From contig JBEKHC010000028.1 of assembly GCA_050012475.1 (NCBI GenBank), positions 1-51,531 on the forward strand: DNA of 51,531 bases. Direction: 5' to 3'. The translations under genes were made by a program, and so were the position numbers. Each line of letters begins with the position of its first letter. Positions within the stretch are counted from its first letter, which is position 1. The notes below the pieces were generated by a model. The model did not search any database and had not been told where the DNA came from. It was given only the letters and a program-made list of their open reading frames with translations. This document shows, piece after piece, positions 18,100-27,515 of this stretch. This DNA comes from Candidatus Velthaea sp. (lineage in GTDB: Bacteria; Vulcanimicrobiota; Vulcanimicrobiia; Vulcanimicrobiales; Vulcanimicrobiaceae).

Positions 18100-18209
18100 G
18101 CGGCCGACGTACGACCCGGTCGAAACGAGATCACACTTCCCCGATGTCTAGCCGCACGGATGACCAAAGGCTCATGACGGTCAGGCCTTTCTCGCGGAAG
18201 ATGGAAGGT

Positions 18210-20594
18210 ATGATTCGCCGCCTTACTGCTGCCACTTTTCTCGTTGCGCTCTTATCGGGGTGCGGCGGCGGCAGCTCGTCGGTGCCGCAGACGAGCCCAA
18301 CGGCGGCGGGCAACGCCAACGCCGTCATTTCGATTTCCGTGCCGGCCCCCGCGAGCGGTTTGCCTTCGGCCAAGCAGCGCAGTCCGCAGTACGTGTCCAT
18401 GAATACCCAATCGGTGTCGGTCGCCGTCAACGGCGGCACGCCGGTGATCGCGAACGTGGCCGCGAATTCGTCGAGCTGCACGGCCGCAAGCGGCGGCGGG
18501 AGAACGTGCTCGGTCACCGTCACTGCCCCGATCGGCACGGACACGTTCACCGAAATCCTGTACGCCAGCACGAACGGAACCGGCACGCCGCTGTCACAGA
18601 ACCAGACGACGGCAACGATCGTTGCGGGCAAATCCAACGTCGTCAGCATGACGCTGGACGGTGTCGTTGCCTCGATCGCACTTGCGTTGAGCAACGCGAC
18701 GCCCGCGCAGGGGACGGCGGCGTCGATTCCGTTGACGGTAACGACCGAAGACGCGAGCGGCGCGGCCATCATCGGGAACGATCCCTTCACCAGCGCGATC
18801 ACGCTCACCGATTCGGATAAGAGCGGCGCCACGACACTCTCGAAAACGACCCTTTCGTCGCCGGCCGATGCCAGCGGTTTGACCGTCGCTTATACGGGCG
18901 CAGCAATCGCTTCGGCCACATTTAGCGCCACGGCGACCGGCGTCAGCGCTGCCAACGTCACGCCGGCGACACTCACGCCTTCGACCGCGACGGCCACGTC
19001 ATTCGTCGATTGGCCGACCTACGGTTACGATGTTGCGCGCAGCGGCTTCAACCCCAATTCCACCGCTATTACTCCGGCGTCGATTTCCCAAATGCACATC
19101 GGCTGGCAACTCGCGCTCAACGGCTCGACCCAAAGCCAGCCGATCGTCGCGACGAATGTTGCCGGACACAAAGCGCTGCTGATCGTCGCCAATTTTGCGA
19201 TCGCTCAAGCTTACGACGCGCTCACCGGCGCGCTCGTTTGGCAGACAACGCTCCCGACCCAGGACGTTCAAGACTGCGGTCTGGCCGGCGTTTCGGGGAC
19301 GGCGCAGTACGATGCGAGCCTCGGGGCCGTCTTCATGGCCGCCGGCAACGGTGCCGTTCCCAATCACGTGGTGCTCTACCGTCTCAACGTCGCCAACGGC
19401 AGCGTCACCAGCCAAGTCGACGTTACCCCGACGCTGCAGGCCGGCGAGGCCAACAAGTCGGCGACCGGACTTACGCTGGCGAACGGCCGCATCTATGTCG
19501 GCACCGGGTCTGATTGTGAAGGCACGGTCACCGGTGCGTATCCCTCGTGGCGCGGCCGAGTGGTTTCGGTCGATCCGAACAGCATGACGCTGCTGAGCAC
19601 GGTCTTCACGACCTGGCAAGTCCCGGTTGCGAGCGGCATTTCGACGAGCCCCGGCAACTACGGCGGCGGCGGCGTCTGGGCGTGGGGCGGCGTGTCGTCC
19701 GACGCGAGCGGCAATATCTACTTTGGCGGCGGCAACGGCGAGACGAATGCTTCGACCGATCCGCAAACCGCTGCGGCGCCGTTCCTGACGACCGATGACG
19801 AGCAGATCGGACTCGCGGAACATCTCGTGAAGATGTCCGGCGATCTGTCGACGATCGAAGGCTCGAATTATCCCGGCTTCAATTTCGCGATCGGCGGCAA
19901 CGACGAGGACTACACCGGCACGCCGGTCGTGTTTAATCCCGGCGCAACCTCCGGCTGCGGACCGCTCACGGCGACGCAGGGCAAAGGCGGCACGCTCGTC
20001 ATCAACAATGCCTCCGACTTGAGCGAGGTCAGCAGCTTCGCGTTCTCGGTTCCCAGCGGCGCCGCGTACTACGTCGGAAATCCCGGCTTCTCACCGACGA
20101 CCGGCTACTTGTACGCCGCGATATCCTCGTCACTCAACGGAAGTTTAGGCTACCCGCCCGGACTCGCGGCGATCGGCGCGTGCGGAACGTCGGTCATTTG
20201 GAAAGCGCAATTCGGGCCCGATTCGAGCCTCTACGGGGAGAATCCGCACCCGATGCCGCGCTCGGCTCCGACCGTCACGGCCGGCGGCGTGGTCTTCATG
20301 GGCACGCCGTGCACGCCGAATGGAAGCGGCGGATGCGGCGCGGCCAGCGGCACCCCTGGCGGTGCGCTGTGGGCGGTCGATGCGACGACGGGTACGGTCC
20401 TCAACAATGCCGAGCCGCTGATCATCACCGGCGACAACATCCGGATGGCGCCCAGTGCTGACGGACTCTGGCTTTACGTGCTAGACGACAGCGGCAATTT
20501 CTACGGCCTGACGATCGATCCGACGGTCCAGGCGGTTGCCGCGAAACGCGGGCACCGCGTCGCGCGGCGGTTCATCCTGCACGAAACCCACTAG
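18210..20594 (+). CDS. Large lipoprotein with Ig-like N-terminal region and PQQ-enzyme-like beta-propeller
   Basis: Lipobox LSGC; DWPTYGYDVARSG, AYDALTGALVW, GGGVWAWGG, LWAVDATTG. Confidence 0.85.
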   Translation: MIRRLTAATFLVALLSGCGGGSSSVPQTSPTAAGNANAVISISVPAPASGLPSAKQRSPQYVSMNTQSVSVAVNGGTPVIANVAANSSSCTAASGGGRTCSVTVTAPIGTDTFTEILYASTNGTGTPLSQNQTTATIVAGKSNVVSMTLDGVVASIALALSNATPAQGTAASIPLTVTTEDASGAAIIGNDPFTSAITLTDSDKSGATTLSKTTLSSPADASGLTVAYTGAAIASATFSATATGVSAANVTPATLTPSTATATSFVDWPTYGYDVARSGFNPNSTAITPASISQMHIGWQLALNGSTQSQPIVATNVAGHKALLIVANFAIAQAYDALTGALVWQTTLPTQDVQDCGLAGVSGTAQYDASLGAVFMAAGNGAVPNHVVLYRLNVANGSVTSQVDVTPTLQAGEANKSATGLTLANGRIYVGTGSDCEGTVTGAYPSWRGRVVSVDPNSMTLLSTVFTTWQVPVASGISTSPGNYGGGGVWAWGGVSSDASGNIYFGGGNGETNASTDPQTAAAPFLTTDDEQIGLAEHLVKMSGDLSTIEGSNYPGFNFAIGGNDEDYTGTPVVFNPGATSGCGPLTATQGKGGTLVINNASDLSEVSSFAFSVPSGAAYYVGNPGFSPTTGYLYAAISSSLNGSLGYPPGLAAIGACGTSVIWKAQFGPDSSLYGENPHPMPRSAPTVTAGGVVFMGTPCTPNGSGGCGAASGTPGGALWAVDATTGTVLNNAEPLIITGDNIRMAPSADGLWLYVLDDSGNFYGLTIDPTVQAVAAKRGHRVARRFILHETH

Positions 20595-20613
20595 TCGGGG
20601 CCGGGGCCCCGAC
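20594..20613. terminator. GC hairpin between convergent genes
   Basis: GTCGGGGC-CGGG-GCCCCGAC. Confidence 0.5.
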
Positions 20614-20615
20614 GC

Positions 20616-21035
20616 TTAGGAGGCCGGGCGCCGTTCCAACAGGCGCGCGGCCTCTTTGAGCCCGGCCCGAATGGCGCTGGGCGCCGGAGGGCAGCCGGGC
20701 ACCACGACGGTCGCTTTGAGTTCGACGCCGGCTCCCGGACCGGCGTTGGGCGCGCCCGCCCACGGGCCGTCGCCGGTGGCACAATCGCCGACCGCCAGAA
20801 CCAAAAACGGTTCGGGCGCGGCTTCGAGCGTGCGCCGCGCGGCCTCGCGCATCGCGTCCGTCATCGGCCCCGTTACGGTGATCACGTCGGCGTGCCTCGG
20901 CGACGCGACGACGTCCCAGCCGTCTTTGGTGATGTCGTAAAACGGATTGGTGAGCGCGTTCATCTCGTGCTCGCAGCCGTTGCAGCTGCCGCAGACCAGG
21001 TGCCGAATGCCCAGCGAGCGTTTGAAGGCGCTCAC
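20616..21035 (-). CDS. hyfI: Group 4 hydrogenase/Ehr small subunit (HyfI/HycG/NuoB-like)
   Basis: GSCNGCE, ASPRHAD, GDCA, PGCPP: all four [4Fe-4S] cysteines present. Confidence 0.9.
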   Translation of the reverse strand: MSAFKRSLGIRHLVCGSCNGCEHEMNALTNPFYDITKDGWDVVASPRHADVITVTGPMTDAMREAARRTLEAAPEPFLVLAVGDCATGDGPWAGAPNAGPGAGVELKATVVVPGCPPAPSAIRAGLKEAARLLERRPAS

Positions 21036-21036
21036 G

Positions 21037-22443
21037 TCAGCGGTCCGCGCACGCGTAGCACAAGTTGAAGCTCTTGTTGACGAGCGGAAAATCGGGCACG
21101 ATGTTGGCTTCCATCGCGCGCAGGACCGTCGGCCAATTGCGATACGACGCCGAGATGAAATGCACGCGCGCCAACTGCCCGGTGTCGTCGCACGTGATGG
21201 AAACCGTTTCGGCCCCGCGCGCGCCTTCGGTTACGGTCGTGACCGTGCCGCTGCCGGCGCGCAGAGTCCCAGCGGCGGGCGGAGCGTGACCGTCGAGTTC
21301 GGCGAACGCGCGCTCGATGAGCTTGAACGACTCGCCGATCTCCAGGCGCTTCACCGCGCAGCGCGCCGCGACGTCGCCGCCGGTTTCCGTGAAACATTGC
21401 GGCGGCGCCGCACGGTACGCGCCATACGGGGCGCAGCTGCGAATGTCGATCGTTCCGCCTGATGCACGCCGCGCCGGCCCGACGGTTCCGAACGCCCGTG
21501 CCGTCTCCGCACTGACGTGGCCCGCGCCCTCGAACCGGCGGACCAGCGAACGATTGCGGAACAGCGCGTCGAGGTAGCCGTCGACGTGGCCGCGCAATTG
21601 TTCGATGTGCGTCGCCAGCGCGTGCGGATCGAACGATTCGGCTGTGCGCACGCCGCCCGGAACGATTGCGTCGAACGCGAAACGATGGCCCGTGGCTTCG
21701 GCGCAGATCCGGTGCACGCGTTCCTTGAGCGCGAGGCCCTGCGTCTGGCCGTGGCCGTATCCGGCGCCGGCCGACGACGATGAGAGATCGAAGATATGGT
21801 TGTAGAGGCGCTCGAGTTCGGCGAAGATCAAACGCGTCCACTCCGTGCGTTCGTCGCAGACGACGCCGGCAAGCGATTCGAGCGCCCGCGCGTACGCCCA
21901 CGAGCGAGCCACCGAACACGCAGCGCAAACGCGCGCGACGCGCGGGGCCGCGCCGACGGCGTCGAGCCCTTGCAGAAAGCGTTCGACGCCGCGCCGGCTG
22001 TACGACAGCTGGGCGTCGAGATGGAGCACCGTCTCGCCGCCGCTGCTGAAGGTAAACCGGCCCGGTTCGATGATGCCGGCGTGAACCGGACCGACCACGA
22101 TGATGTTGACGCCTTTGCCTTCGGCGGTGAGCGCCGGCGGAATCGTGCCGTCGCCGGCGATGAACAGCGCACGCTCGTTGGGCAACCCGGTGAACGCGAC
22201 ATCGCGCGTGTCGCGCATCTCGCGCTCGTGCCAATCGAAAAGCGGAATCTCGCCGGCGACCGAAACGCTCGGCCGGCCCGGTGCCGGGCGCGGCGAGGCG
22301 AGGTCCAGCACGCCCTGCGCGTCGACGAAAAGATAGTGCAGCAGGTGCGCTGCGGCGTATGCCCCTAGGGGCTCGTGCGTCGCGCACGTCGCAATGACGG
22401 CGCGGTCCAGTTCGGAGCTCTCGACGAAGGTTTGACGATACAC
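21037..22443 (-). CDS. hyfG: Group 4 hydrogenase/Ehr large subunit (HyfG/HycE, NuoC+D-like), 468 aa
   Basis: WHEREMRD, GPVHAGIIEPGRF, RVCAAC, ELERLYNH, EGARG, VPDFPLVNKSFNLCYACADR; GTG start 2 nt after the hyfF stop. Confidence 0.88.
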   Translation of the reverse strand: MYRQTFVESSELDRAVIATCATHEPLGAYAAAHLLHYLFVDAQGVLDLASPRPAPGRPSVSVAGEIPLFDWHEREMRDTRDVAFTGLPNERALFIAGDGTIPPALTAEGKGVNIIVVGPVHAGIIEPGRFTFSSGGETVLHLDAQLSYSRRGVERFLQGLDAVGAAPRVARVCAACSVARSWAYARALESLAGVVCDERTEWTRLIFAELERLYNHIFDLSSSSAGAGYGHGQTQGLALKERVHRICAEATGHRFAFDAIVPGGVRTAESFDPHALATHIEQLRGHVDGYLDALFRNRSLVRRFEGAGHVSAETARAFGTVGPARRASGGTIDIRSCAPYGAYRAAPPQCFTETGGDVAARCAVKRLEIGESFKLIERAFAELDGHAPPAAGTLRAGSGTVTTVTEGARGAETVSITCDDTGQLARVHFISASYRNWPTVLRAMEANIVPDFPLVNKSFNLCYACADR

Positions 22444-22445
22444 GC

Positions 22446-23855
22446 CTAGCGCACCGCTACCGCGAACGCGGCGATGCTCTTGGAGGCAAAGGCGAAGAAC
22501 GGCGCCAGCGCGAGCAAGAGCGCGGCGGTCGCTGCGCAGCCTACGGCGAAAAACGCCGGGACCGGCGAGCGCTTTGCCCGCGGCCGCGCGACCTGCGCGC
22601 CGGATTCGGTATCGATGGCCAAGCGCACCAGCGCGATGAACGCCAGCAGGACGCCGGCAAGCGCGCAGGCGAGCGCCGCCCAGGCATGGGCCAGCGCCGC
22701 AGCAGCGACGATCAGTAATTCGGAGATGAAGATGCCGAAGGGCGGCAAGCCCATCAAACCGATGAGGGCGCTCAAGAAGAATTTGCCGCTCGCGTCGTTC
22801 CAAAGCCCGTGGAGTTTGCCGATCGTCGTCGTCCCGCGATCGTGTTGCACGATCCCGACGGCCAAAAACGCGAGCGCCTTGGTGAACGCGTGGTTGACGA
22901 TATGGTAGATCGCAGCGAACGCTCCCAGCGGCGTTCCCAAACCCAGCGCGATGGCGACTAACCCTGCGTGTTCGACCGTCGAATACGACAACAAGCGTTT
23001 GACGTCGCTCTGGGCCAGCATGAGGATCGCCGCGACGAGGATCGACAAGCTGCCGACGAAGAGCAACGTCCCGTCGAACACGCCGGGTGCAACGAGTGCC
23101 GCGACTTGCTGCGTGCGCACGATCGCGTAGAGCGAGCAGGAGACGAGCAGACCCGAGAGCAGCGCGCTGATCGGGGCCGGCGCCTTTGAATGCGCGTCCG
23201 GAAGCCAGGAATGCATCGGCACGAGCCCGGCCTTGGTACCGAATCCGAGCAGCATCAAGAGCAGCGCGACGCGGCTGAGATCGGGCCGTAAGCGGCCGGC
23301 GTGCCGCGTCAGGGCGTCCCAGGCGAGCGCGTCGTTCGGAGCGATGTCCGCGCCCATGCCGGCGCGGCCTAGCAAAAGAATCCCGATCAGCGCGATCGCA
23401 ATGCCGAAGCTGCACAGCATGAGATACTTCCAAGCCGCCTCGAGCGCGGCTTTCCCGCCGCTGAACCCGACCAGAAACGTCGTCGCCAGCGTCGTCGCCG
23501 AGATCCCGATCCACACGCCGCTGAACGTCGTGCTCGTCACCGCGACGAGCATGCTGCTCCAAAAAGCGCCGAGCAGGACGAAATATGCCGGCCGGCTCGA
23601 CCAGCGCGCATCTTCGTGCTCGGTCTTGGGGAAAATGCTCAGCGAGTACAGCGTGGCCAAGAAGCTGAGGAGCGAGATGATCCCCGCGAAGAGCGCCGAG
23701 AGCGGATCGATGTGCGGCAACGCCGCAAACGTCAGCAGCAGGGCGATTCCCGCGAGCACGCCGCGAATCAAACGCAGCGAGGGCGAGGGCAGCCGGAACA
23801 GCAGGGTCGAGAGCAAGGCGCCCGCCAGCGGCGCGCCGACGGCGAACGCGATCAT
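22446..23855 (-). CDS. hyfF: HyfF-like proton-translocating membrane subunit
   Basis: LEAAWKY, GFGTKAGLVPMHSWLPDAHSKAPAPISALLSG, KRLLSYSTVEH. Confidence 0.9.
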   Translation of the reverse strand: MIAFAVGAPLAGALLSTLLFRLPSPSLRLIRGVLAGIALLLTFAALPHIDPLSALFAGIISLLSFLATLYSLSIFPKTEHEDARWSSRPAYFVLLGAFWSSMLVAVTSTTFSGVWIGISATTLATTFLVGFSGGKAALEAAWKYLMLCSFGIAIALIGILLLGRAGMGADIAPNDALAWDALTRHAGRLRPDLSRVALLLMLLGFGTKAGLVPMHSWLPDAHSKAPAPISALLSGLLVSCSLYAIVRTQQVAALVAPGVFDGTLLFVGSLSILVAAILMLAQSDVKRLLSYSTVEHAGLVAIALGLGTPLGAFAAIYHIVNHAFTKALAFLAVGIVQHDRGTTTIGKLHGLWNDASGKFFLSALIGLMGLPPFGIFISELLIVAAAALAHAWAALACALAGVLLAFIALVRLAIDTESGAQVARPRAKRSPVPAFFAVGCAATAALLLALAPFFAFASKSIAAFAVAVR

Positions 23856-24457
23856 CCGCGCAACTCGCGCATCGAACGCACGTCCAGGTTGGGGTTGAAC
23901 GCGATCAGCGCGCGGGCCAGCGAGAGCGCGACCACCGTGGCAATGACGGCGTCGAAGGTGTCGGCGATCTCGATCGCGCCGGGCAATCCCGGCGAGAACA
24001 CCGCGCCGGCCAACGTGATCGCGCTGCCGAGCATCAGCAGTCCGATCACGTGCGCGAGCAGGTTGCGGTGCAGCAGCACGATGAGCGTGCTGGTGAAGAT
24101 GGCGTAGAACACGACTCCGGCGGCGGCGACGTTACTGAAGGCGGTCATCTGGCGAATCTCGTGCGCGGCGAGCAGCGTGCCGACGACGAGCAACAGCCGC
24201 CAGGCGAGATTGATCGATGGGGCGAGATCTTCGGGCACCTTGTATTTGCGCACGATGTAGATGAGCGCGGCCGGCCCCACGACGAGCTTCACGACCGCGA
24301 GGGCAGCGAAAAACGACAGCGCCGTCCACGAATGCTCGCGCGGAAAGGCCAGCCACAAGGTGCCCGCGGTGAAGCTGGCATACGCGATCAACGCCGAACG
24401 CAGCCGCGAATCGATCGCCAAGAGCGCCGCCGAGAGGAGAATGAGTCCGATTACCAT
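23852..24457 (-). CDS. hyfE: HyfE-like membrane subunit
   Basis: Multi-TM ORF between hyfC and hyfF with overlapping start/stop; C-terminal MRELRG. Confidence 0.75.
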   Translation of the reverse strand: MVIGLILLSAALLAIDSRLRSALIAYASFTAGTLWLAFPREHSWTALSFFAALAVVKLVVGPAALIYIVRKYKVPEDLAPSINLAWRLLLVVGTLLAAHEIRQMTAFSNVAAAGVVFYAIFTSTLIVLLHRNLLAHVIGLLMLGSAITLAGAVFSPGLPGAIEIADTFDAVIATVVALSLARALIAFNPNLDVRSMRELRG

Positions 24458-25311
24458 GTGCCTAGACCCGCGATGCGCAGCCCGATGCTCGCAAGCGCGA
24501 GCACCGTCGCAGACGCGAACAGCTGCGGTACCTCGAACAGCCGCATCTTGGCGTAGATGCGTTCGACGAGCGGGATCATGAGGATGAAGGCGACGATGTA
24601 GAGCAGCGTCAAGCCCGACGTTCCGGGCAGCATCCGGGCACCCAGCACGAAGAACGCCGCTTGCCGCACGTACGCGGCCAATTGCAAGAGCGCGAGTTCC
24701 CAGCCGCTGTATTCGAGCACGAGTCCTTCGTGAATCATCGTGAGTTCGTAATGGGTCTCCTGATTGTCGACCGGGATGCGCGCGGTTTCCGACAGCATCA
24801 CCAGCAGCAGCGCGCCGGCGGCCAGCACGCCCGCAATGGGGGTCGAAGCAGCCGAAACCGCATCAGGTGAAGCCGATACCGCGCTCGACAACAAGGCCAG
24901 GATGAGCGGCGCCTCCGTGAGGCTGGCGAAGGTCATCTCGCGGCTGGCCGCCATCGCCGAAAAGGCCGAGCGGGCATCGAGCGCGGCGAGCACGAGCACG
25001 AATCGGCTCAGCGCGAGCAGTAGCGCCATCGCCACGGCGTTCACCGCGGTCGACCCGGGACGGAAGACCGGCGGCACGAGCGCCGCGAACGTGAGCGCGA
25101 CGCCCAGCACGATGCCCGGCGTCGCGATGACCAGCGGCGACGTAGCGGCGGGGACCAGCGCTTCCTTCGACCACAGTTTGCGCAGATCGCGATAGGGCTG
25201 GATCGGCGTCGGCCCCGGACGGCCCTGGAGTTGGGCGCGCAGGCTGCGCAGCAGCCCCTGCACCAGCGGCGCAAGCACGACGAGGCAAACGAATTGGAAG
25301 CCTTCGTTCAT
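24451..25311 (-). CDS. hyfC: HyfC/HycD (NuoH-like) membrane subunit
   Basis: QGRPGPTPIQPYRDLRKL, ASRE, ETARIPVDNQETHYELTMIHE. Confidence 0.9.
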   Translation of the reverse strand: MNEGFQFVCLVVLAPLVQGLLRSLRAQLQGRPGPTPIQPYRDLRKLWSKEALVPAATSPLVIATPGIVLGVALTFAALVPPVFRPGSTAVNAVAMALLLALSRFVLVLAALDARSAFSAMAASREMTFASLTEAPLILALLSSAVSASPDAVSAASTPIAGVLAAGALLLVMLSETARIPVDNQETHYELTMIHEGLVLEYSGWELALLQLAAYVRQAAFFVLGARMLPGTSGLTLLYIVAFILMIPLVERIYAKMRLFEVPQLFASATVLALASIGLRIAGLGTW

Positions 25312-27182
25312 CGCGCGACCACCAGCAAAATGAGCACGGCAACGACCGCGTACACCAAGTAGACGCGCAGCAGTCCGGCTTGCACGATGCGCGAGCGTCG
25401 CGCGAGCCGCTGCGCGGCGGCCGCGATGTTGCGCGCGACTTCGTCGAAGACATACCGTGTGCTGAACGCATACCGGATGCGCAGCGGAAACCAGCGCGAG
25501 GCGCCGGTGTCGCGGATGCGCTGATGTTCGGGAAAGAGCACGAAGGCGAAGATCCGCCGGGTCGGCTTTGAGAACGCGGTCGCCGTGTACTGCGAACGCG
25601 GCGTCACGGCCGAACCGCAGGTCCAGGTCGGCACCCTGCGCACGCCGCGCCGGCGCGCATAGAGGATCGCGCCCACCGCCCCGAGCACCGGCAATGCGCC
25701 TAGCAGCAACGGAAGCCCGGGCAGCGCGCCGGGATCGAAGGCCGTCGATCCGCTCATGACGCCGCCGGCTTCGATCATGCGCCGGTACAACACCGACGGC
25801 GCCAAACCGAAGACGATGCAAAAAACGGCCAGCCAACCCAACCCCACGATCGACACGTCGGGCCGTTCGACGGGGATGTCGCGCACGGAGCGTGGCTCAC
25901 CCAAGAACGCGATGCCGAAGAGTTTCACGAACGCCAGTGCGGCGAGGCCGCTGGTCGCGGCGAGGTTCCCGATCGCAAGCACGATGAGGGCCGCCAGCGC
26001 CGGCGGTGCGATCGCCAGCGCGCGGATGAAACTGGTGAAGACGAGCCATTCGGACGCGAAGCCGGTCAGCGGCGGCAGCGCCGCGGCGGCCGCGCAGCCG
26101 ATGAACAGGAGCGGCGAGGTCAACGGCAGCACGCGGCGCAAACCGCCCAGGTGTTCGAGGTCGGTGGTGTGCGCGGCTTCGGCGACATTCCCCGCGGCCA
26201 AGAACAGCAAGCTCTTGAACACCCCGTGGCTGACGGCGTGGACGAGCAGCGCCACGAGGGCCAGTTCGGTCAGGACCGGTTCGTGCAATGCGGCCATGAT
26301 GACCGCGAGTCCCAAGACGCTGGCGACGATGCCGAGATTTTCGATCGAGCTGTACGCCAGCAGACGCTTGAAATCGGCGTCGATGGCCGCGTAGAGCGCG
26401 CCGGTAATCGACGTCAAGAGGCCGATGAAAACGATCCAGACGCCCCAGGCGATCGGAATCGGCGCGACCAGCCCGAAACAAGCGAGCAGCAACCCGTAGA
26501 CAGCGACATTGAGCATCACGCCGGAGAGCAGCGCCGAGGCGTTGGCGGGTGCCACCGGGTGCGCGAGCGGAAGCCAGAAGTGGAGCGGAACGAGTCCCGC
26601 TTTCGAGCCGAACCCGATCAATATCAGTGCGATCACGACCGAACGCTGGACCAGCGGCAGGGCTGGCGCCGCCTGGGCGATGTCGACGAAGCGGAAGCTG
26701 CCCGCGTGCGCGCCCAGCAGCGTCAGTGCCGCGACGATGCTCAGTGCACCCAGCTGACTGACCAGGATGTACGACAACAGCGCACGCCGCACGTCGCGGC
26801 GCTCGTGATGCGTGCCGACCAGGAAGGCCGAAACGAGCGACATCGTTTCCCAGGCCAGGAAAAAAGCGGCGACGCTCTGCGCCAACAACACGCCGATCAT
26901 GGCCAGCACGAAGACGGCCAAGCGGAGGCCGTCGTTGACGGCCCCGCGCCGCAGTCCCCACACCGCGACGGCCGGCACCACGAGCGCGACCAAGCCCAGA
27001 AACGGCACCGCCAGCGTCGTCGAAGCAAACACCAGTCGCAACTCGTTGGGCGCGATCGGCGGCGAGATCTCGAATCCCGGTGCTGCGTGCATGACGATGG
27101 CCGTCACCGCAACGAGGGCAGCCGCCAGCAGCGCGCCAAACCCCAGCAGACGGCGCGGCTCGAAGTCAGCGAAGCGAATCAA
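25308..27182 (-). CDS. hyfB: HyfB/HycC (NuoL/MrpD-like) membrane subunit
   Basis: AWETMS, KAGLVPLHFWLPLAHPVAP, KRLLAYSSIEN, WTCG...QYTATAFSKP. Confidence 0.9.
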   Translation of the reverse strand: MIRFADFEPRRLLGFGALLAAALVAVTAIVMHAAPGFEISPPIAPNELRLVFASTTLAVPFLGLVALVVPAVAVWGLRRGAVNDGLRLAVFVLAMIGVLLAQSVAAFFLAWETMSLVSAFLVGTHHERRDVRRALLSYILVSQLGALSIVAALTLLGAHAGSFRFVDIAQAAPALPLVQRSVVIALILIGFGSKAGLVPLHFWLPLAHPVAPANASALLSGVMLNVAVYGLLLACFGLVAPIPIAWGVWIVFIGLLTSITGALYAAIDADFKRLLAYSSIENLGIVASVLGLAVIMAALHEPVLTELALVALLVHAVSHGVFKSLLFLAAGNVAEAAHTTDLEHLGGLRRVLPLTSPLLFIGCAAAAALPPLTGFASEWLVFTSFIRALAIAPPALAALIVLAIGNLAATSGLAALAFVKLFGIAFLGEPRSVRDIPVERPDVSIVGLGWLAVFCIVFGLAPSVLYRRMIEAGGVMSGSTAFDPGALPGLPLLLGALPVLGAVGAILYARRRGVRRVPTWTCGSAVTPRSQYTATAFSKPTRRIFAFVLFPEHQRIRDTGASRWFPLRIRYAFSTRYVFDEVARNIAAAAQRLARRSRIVQAGLLRVYLVYAVVAVLILLVVAR

Positions 27183-27477
27183 AACTTGCCCGGTTTCTGA
27201 CCAGCTGGCGCTCGTACACGTCGCGTGCGATATCCAAGAGTTTCCAAATCGACTTGTCGGACACGCTGTACCAAACGTAGGTGCCGTCGCGGCGTGCGAC
27301 CACGAAATCCTTGGCGCGCAAGGCCGAGAGATGCTGCGACGCCGTCGATTGTTCGAGGGTGAGCTTCTCTTGCAAGTCGCGCACCGTCAATTCGCCGTCA
27401 CGCAAGGCGTCGAGGATTCGAATCCGCGTCGGGTGCGACAACGTCTTGAAGAACTCAGCCTTGAAATGGCGAAGCAT
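27166..27477 (-). CDS. ArsR/SmtB family regulator, Rv0081-like
   Basis: KAEFFKTLSHPTRIRIL...SQHL...RRDG; heads the hyf-like operon; no Cys. Confidence 0.9.
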   Translation of the reverse strand: MLRHFKAEFFKTLSHPTRIRILDALRDGELTVRDLQEKLTLEQSTASQHLSALRAKDFVVARRDGTYVWYSVSDKSIWKLLDIARDVYERQLVRNRASFDSLR

Positions 27478-27486
27478 GAAGTCACT

Positions 27487-27515
27487 ATATTAGGATATTT
27501 GAATATTCGCGTCAA
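27487..27515 (-). promoter_or_regulatory. Promoter and candidate ArsR operator of the hyf-like operon
   Basis: Minus strand TTGACG, 17 nt, TAATAT, overlapped by the imperfect inverted repeat ATATT-N10-AATAT (27487-27506). Confidence 0.55.

Noticed and set aside
17769..18209. N-terminal extension of the 941-aa ORF
   Set aside because: It overlaps the ICMT gene; the lipoprotein signal peptide starts at 18210.
22444..23562. 841-aa large subunit as given in the ORF track
   Set aside because: The first 373 codons overlap hyfF out of frame; hydrogenase similarity begins near GTG 22443.
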